DNA of 64,000 nucleotides from Plasmodiophora brassicae (Eukaryota): NCBI GenBank assembly GCA_036867785.1, contig CP145410.1, positions 868,001 to 932,000 of the forward strand, read 5' to 3'. Shown piece by piece: positions 58,109 to 64,000 of this stretch (position 1 is its first letter; each line of letters starts with the position of its first letter). The notes under the pieces were generated by a model. It saw only the letters and a program-made list of their open reading frames with translations, ran no database searches and was not told where the DNA came from. The position numbers and the translations under genes were made by a program.

Positions 58109-60181
58109 ATGGGGACGCGCGCGCCCACGAACGCGCAGGAGCAGCGCGGCTATGTGTTCATGACGGTCGCTCGTAACCCGGCGTATGCGTTCGCGGTCGC
58201 GTTCCTGATCCCGTACACGTGCGGCCTGGCGAAGCACCATGTCGACGAGCATGGGCGCGTCCAGTTCGTATTCATGTCGATGGTGCCGTCGTCGGTGCCG
58301 ACGGCGATCGTCATCATCGCCGCCGTGTTCTCCATGTTCCTGAACCCGATCATGGGCGCCATCGCCGACCTGAGCTCGTACCGGCGCCGCCTGATGGTGT
58401 ACACGTCGTATGGGGCCGCGGCCGCGTTCACCCTCTGCAGCGTCGTGTTCAAGGAGACCTTCTTCCTCGGCGGCATCTGCCTATTCTGCATCATCCTGCT
58501 GACACAGATCGCCAGCTTCCTGTCGAACTCGTACCTGCCCGAGATAGCAGGTCAGTCAGTGGCCGGCCATGTTCGCCGGGTAGTCGCATGCGATGACAGA
58601 CCGTCGTTGCAGATTCTCCTAGAAGTCGAAGCCAGGTGTCGACACGGGCCACCCAATGGTCGATGGCTGCACAGATTCTGCTGGTCGGCTTGGCATCGCT
58701 GATTACGTATTTGGCCATGGCGAATCCTCTATCGGTTCGCGGTGGCCAGCTTCAGCAGTTCGGTGAAGGGCGTCATTTCTCGTACGAACCTCGGGCGGTC
58801 GAGCCCAACACATCACTGGACAACGTCAAAGACGATGCGGCGCTCTGGCCCAAGTGCAGCGGCAATAAGCAGGATGCGTGCTACGAGAATGCGGTCAAGA
58901 ACGGCCTGATGTCCAAGCCCCAGATCGTCCTTAAGCAGAAGGACATGACTGTGTCCGCGTGGGAAAGCATCGAAGACGAATCACTGCCCGGACGGAAGCT
59001 GAAATGCCAGGCCGTGCTTTCCGTTGAAACCGACTCGGCTACTGTCGACATGTACATTGTCGCGTACGATGCGAAAGGCGTCATCATCGGTCCCAGCCCG
59101 AAGAAGCAGGTGGCGTTGAAGATGAACCCGAAGCCTCAGCTCATCTCCACGACCCGCGTCCGTCCGCCCCGAGATAACCGCGATCCGATTTCTGACGTTG
59201 ATTCTGTAGACACTGCCGGCGCTGACGCGACGAGTGGAGTATCGATTGATAGTCCGGCGACGTCTAGAACCTGGGTGGGTCACCGTTCAACGCGTCGACG
59301 TGCTTGAAGATCCGACGTTCTGGACGCCCGTCTTCATGCTCGTGTCCGGCCTCTGGTTCTTCGCCTGGGCCTTCTTCGGCCTGCGAAACCTGGGCGAACG
59401 ACACAAGGACGACACGTCCCCGCTCAAGGTCATCATCAAACGTTCCTTTGTCGACCTCGGCCGCACGATCTCCCGGACGGCACGCGACTCGCGCCAGGCG
59501 CGGTACCTGGCCGCCGTATCGCTGTATACGGCCGCAATCGGGACCACGTTGCTGATCGCACCCACTGTAAGGATCGGCCCTGGCTGACCCCGGATCCGAA
59601 CCATACTGAACGCTCGCTGGCAGCACTTCTCTGAGACGTTCGAGTTAAGCATGCCGCTGCAAGGCACGGTCATGCTGGCCGTTCTCCTGTTCGCCATCCC
59701 GGGTGCGCTCCTGTTCTTTCGGCTCGGCCGATACATCGGGTACTCGCGGGCGCTGGCCGCCGCGTATGCACTCTGGATCGTCAACATCCTCCTCGTGTTC
59801 CTGCTGCTGAAGACGCTCGACGACCGCAACTGGCTGCTGCTGCTGGTCCCCCTGATGGGGTTCGCCCAGGGCGGCAGCGTTGCCCTTGGCCGGGCCGTGT
59901 TCGCGTCCATGATCCGACCGGGCACCGAATGCGAAATGTTCTCATTGTACAGTTTCGCGGAGGTGTTCCTGGCGCCCCTGACGCTCGGCGTCGTCTACCT
60001 GGTTAACGAGGTCTTCAGGTCGACGCGCTTCGCCATGGTCTCCATGATGCTGTTCGTCGTCATCGCCTTCGCCCTTCAGCTGTCGCTGCGGGAACAGGAC
60101 ACGATCATTCGGCCTGCAACCCAGCTGAATGTCAGCGACGAGACCGAACCCGTCAAAGACGCCCCGGCTGCTGAACCATAA
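58109..60181 (+). CDS. MFS transporter, Atg22/UMF1-like, multi-exon
   Basis: PIMGAIADLSSYRRRL, SNSYLPEIA, GFAQGGSVALGRAVFASMIRPGTECEMFSLYSF and STRFAM; about 12 TM helices. Confidence 0.8.
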
Positions 60182-60231
60182 CCTATATACACGTTCTCGG
60201 CGTACACGGGATACGGTTATTAGAGCGTCGT

Positions 60232-60771
60232 TTAGAGAAGCAGGCGTCGTTGTTGCCGACCCGTTACGGATCCGAGTTGCCCCTGGATCAACCGCCTGTG
60301 CGCCTCACGAATATGCACGGGGCGAATCGCGCCCGTGTCGCCCCACTGCTCCATGATCTCGACGCAGGACTCCACGAGGTCGCCGACGTACATCTTGGTG
60401 ATGGCGATCATCACGATGGCGAGCTGTTCGGTGACCTTGGACGCGCCCAGCACCGTCGACATCACGCGACGCATATGCGCAGGGCGGAACGTCGACTGAA
60501 TGAACGCCACATACCGACTCCGCTGCGACGGCGTCAGGCGGTTGTAAATCTCGCGTTGCCGTCGGATCTTCGCCTTTCGCTGCGCTTCGAACGCGGCGTC
60601 CAGCCGCGCCTGCTCCAACTGCGCCTCGGTCAGCGGCGCCGACTGCGCCGACTGCGCCTCCCCGGCAGCCTTCTCGTCGTCGCTGTCGGCATCACCTCCT
60701 TGGGCCTCCTCCTCGTCGTAGTCCTCGTCCTGAGGAACCTCCTCCTCGGGCAGGTCGTCGGCGCCGTCCAT
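60232..60771 (-). CDS. TAF11: TFIID subunit 11 (histone fold)
   Basis: QRSRYVAF..STF, IVMIAITKMYVGDLVE and GAIRPVHIREAHRRL; acidic N-terminus. Confidence 0.9.
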   Translation of the reverse strand: MDGADDLPEEEVPQDEDYDEEEAQGGDADSDDEKAAGEAQSAQSAPLTEAQLEQARLDAAFEAQRKAKIRRQREIYNRLTPSQRSRYVAFIQSTFRPAHMRRVMSTVLGASKVTEQLAIVMIAITKMYVGDLVESCVEIMEQWGDTGAIRPVHIREAHRRLIQGQLGSVTGRQQRRLLL

Positions 60772-60915
60772 CGAACTACACCACGGACTTGTTGCCGAAG
60801 CAACGCGTCGTACGTGCCTACCTACTCCAGTAACAGCCATGCTGGAGCGACGACGCTCGCCCGTCCTTCGAACGTGCAGCCAGAGGTTAGGGGGCCCAGC
60901 GGCGTTCTACTCGTA

Positions 60916-62114
60916 CTACTTTGGTTGGTGGTGATCGTCGTCGTCGCCTTGTTGGTCAGTGCCCCGCATGGCGTCCTGGACATGTCGCATGATGTCGAGG
61001 GAGACTTGGACCTTGCCGTGTGCCTCCAGGAGAGATAGCTGGCGGTGGCCTCGAAACCGGCGGCTGGCGTGCGGTCCGCACAGGCGTTCGTGCAGGCGCT
61101 GGAACCGATGCTCCTCGGCTGCGTTCACCTGGGAAAGGGCGTCAGCCCGAGAGAAGGCGCCCGTCTTGGTATCTGGGCAGGGACCAGGTCAAACGTGCAC
61201 TGGCAACGTCGAGCATGGGTGGGTTCTACACTGCGCGGCCCAGTACCGGTCGATCTCGGCGCGCTTCTCCTGGTCCCGTCGTTCAGCCGCCAACCGCCGC
61301 ATATGTTTCAGGATACTGATGTCGGTAGGCGACAGCTCCAGGGAGTCCATCATGTGAGACATAAGCAGGCGACGCTGCCACGTCAGCATGAAGTAGGCGA
61401 AGGGGGTCCCCGACGACAGCTCTGCGTTATGCCACGTAAACGGGATGCAGTATGGACGGGTAGCCTTGCGAACCTCTTGCGGATAGCGACCCAACGTCCC
61501 GGTCCATCAAGTTCTGGAATTCGTTGAAATCGAGCGTGTCCTCGTCCTGATGGTCGCACGACGATATCATATCGGCTACCTGAGGAGCGTCTCAGGAAGT
61601 TGTGCCGAAACGGGATACGATCGGTCCCATCGTGAACCTGATCTCGCGTGAACTCCAGCCCGCACGACCTCGCCGATTCCAGGAACTCATCCACGTCGAC
61701 CTTGCCTGATCCGTCCTGATCTGCCAAACGTCGCCGCATGGTGTCAGGTGAGGGCGCATCGTTTGCGGATCCACCAATATGCTTGCCGAGAAGGTTGAAC
61801 AAGTTCTTGTAGTGCATCCGAGTCTTGCCGAGAATGGGGACCGTCGCCACAGTCTTCCCATGGCGCGTCGCCCATAAGCGCAGCATGCCGTTGTGGAATA
61901 GCGTGTGGTTCATCTGCCTGTATCGTGGCAGGTGTATCGTCGGCAACCGCCTTGGGAGCCGCTGCTCACTTCGCACAATGGGTTGCACAGGCTACTCGCA
62001 TCGGCCGCATTAGATCGGTTGGCGTCGACGATGAGCACAAGAGGCCCTGACACGATATTCCGACGATTGAATGGTGGATACCCAGCGCTTCGTGATGTCC
62101 ACTGAACGCTTCAT
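60916..62114 (-). CDS. EF-hand-containing hypothetical protein, multi-exon
   Basis: Canonical EF loop DQDGSGKVDVDEF. Several short exons with GT-AG introns; boundaries approximate. Confidence 0.55.
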
Positions 62115-62365
62115 CTTGGCCCATCGCGCCTTAGCGCGAACGGTGGGTCCCCGGGTGCTCGTGGCGTCCAGCGGATCCATCACCGGTTGGGTGGCAGCTG
62201 GATACTGAGCCAACGCAGCAAGATATTATTGAAGATTGGGATCCTGCGTCTGGTAGCACGGTATCCACACGATTACCGCCTGCCGCATTTGCGACAATTC
62301 GAACGGACGAGCTTTACTGGTTAGCAAATGGACATCGGCTAAGGTAGCATCCACGTCCGATCGGC

Positions 62366-63926
62366 CTATTTCAGGTGGAGCAGCATCATGTGCGGCGATT
62401 CTAGCAGGCTCTTGACGCGGTTGGAGAAACGGGCAACTATGGCACCGTCCAGGACACGATGGTCGGCGCTCCAGCTCATCGTCATGATGTGCTCACTGGT
62501 CAACTACAGATCCTCGACGCGTCAGAATGTCAGCGCGACGTTGCATAGCACTGTGGCCACCCGACCTGGCCATCGGGACCGAATCGAGGGATGCCACGCT
62601 GAATACGTCCAACGCCCCCAATCACGACTTGAGGTGAAACAAGCAGAGGCGTCGAATACGTTCCTCCAATCGTCCCAATGTTCGACAGGCAGAACGTACC
62701 ACCTTGGAGGTCAGCAGCGCCCAGTGCATTCCGTTGCCCCAGCCCGCTCAGACGTTGTAGCTCGAGAGCGATATCGCTGATCGACCGGGCGTTACACGAC
62801 TGAATGACAGGGACGACCAGGCCTCTGGGCGTGTCCATCGCGATCGATATGTTGTGCTGGGCCTTGACGTGCAATTCAGAGCAGTCGGGGGACACCAGCG
62901 CGTTCAGCGTTGGGTATTCCAGCAGGGCCAATGAGACAGCCTTCAGGATGAACGGGAAGTAGGACAATGACGGCAGGCCAGCCACGGCCGTCTTCAGTTC
63001 CGTTCGAACCGCATGTAGCTTGCTGGCGACGATCTCTTCGTGCAGCGTCAACGTCGGGATCTGGTTCGAGGCCGTCATGGATTTCACCATGATCCTCGCC
63101 AGACCGGTGATCGGGACAGTGCGATCTGATCCCGTAGGTGGCGGCATTGGAGACATCCCAGTCGATGGGGCAGGCGCTCCCGCCTCTCCACCTGCTTGTC
63201 CTGACTCAATCACGCGCAGCACGTCTTCCTTCAGAATGCGACCACCTGGCCCCTGTACAGACCCCAATGCACTCAGCGCATTGCTCGACGATACAAGCTA
63301 AGACGGCGCACCGTTCCAGTAACAGTCGATAGATCAATGTTGTACTCTCTGGAGATGCGACGCACAGCAGGCGTTGTAAGAACCTTTCCAGTTGTGACGT
63401 TATTCGTCCCTGCTGGCGGTTCAGGCGTAGATGTCGATGAAGTGGAACGCTCCGGCGCTTGTGGCTTTTGGGTGGTGGTGGTGGTGGCTGTCGACTCGCT
63501 TCCGTCATCGTCTACATCGATGGTAACGAGCGACGACCCAACGGCCGCCATGGCACCTTTCTCGACGTTCACCGATGCAATTACGCCATCGAACCTGCGC
63601 GTACGTAGGGTCACTTACTTGCAGTCGGGGCGAACTTGCGACAGACCTCGATGTAATCTCCACCGTGGCCTTATCGCTCTGGACTTCGCAGATCTTATCG
63701 AACTGCTGAATACGGTCCCCTGGCTTCACGAACCTGGCCGCACGTGTAAACATCGGTGTACGGCACCGTCGAATAGTGAACCGAGAGCGGCGAACCATTG
63801 GAGAACCTCGACCTCGGCGATGCCCTCGCCGATGTCGGCCAGCAGGAACTCCTGTTGCCGCGCCAACCATGGCGACCCTCGGAACGCACGTGTCGTCTGC
63901 CAGACCCGCACAGCCCGTCGGAACAT
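62366..63926 (-). CDS. DBT: Branched-chain alpha-ketoacid dehydrogenase E2 (dihydrolipoamide acyltransferase), multi-exon
   Basis: Mitochondrial-type presequence; [11 protein letters not shown]; lipoyl motif [47 protein letters not shown]. Confidence 0.95.
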
Positions 63927-64000
63927 GGTCGAACACACGCTGCGGGTCTCTATTAGGCGGCACCGCTCATGTGATGAGACCACGGCGTGGGCGGCGCCTC

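Overview
Gene-dense, GC-rich eukaryotic (protist) DNA with many short GT-AG introns of about 45-60 nt and very short intergenic spacers. The compact architecture and the centriole gene rotatin would fit a flagellated plasmodiophorid such as Plasmodiophora; this is inference only. About 24 host genes are present, including a GRAM-domain protein, TPS/TPP, hyccin, bystin, a four-domain voltage-gated cation channel, DGAT1, rotatin, FAH, importin-4, three tandem DUF2306-like membrane proteins, CWC25, a 1-Cys peroxiredoxin, PP2C, an Atg22-like MFS transporter, TAF11 and BCKDH E2. There are three mobile elements. The most striking is a complete 5.5-kb DNA transposon (27915-33421) with bacterial ISL3-like hallmarks: GGCTC termini, an 8-bp TSD, a zinc finger, and D..D..DxFH..TNxxEG motifs. 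Its transposase has four spliceosomal introns and an apparently intact DEDDy 3'-5' exonuclease domain inserted inside the catalytic core. The second is a young, intact chromodomain Ty3/Gypsy element (46839-52174) with 197-bp LTRs that look identical and no canonical PBS. It is nested in the third, a deleted hAT-like TIR element. Exon boundaries were read by eye and are approximate unless stated.
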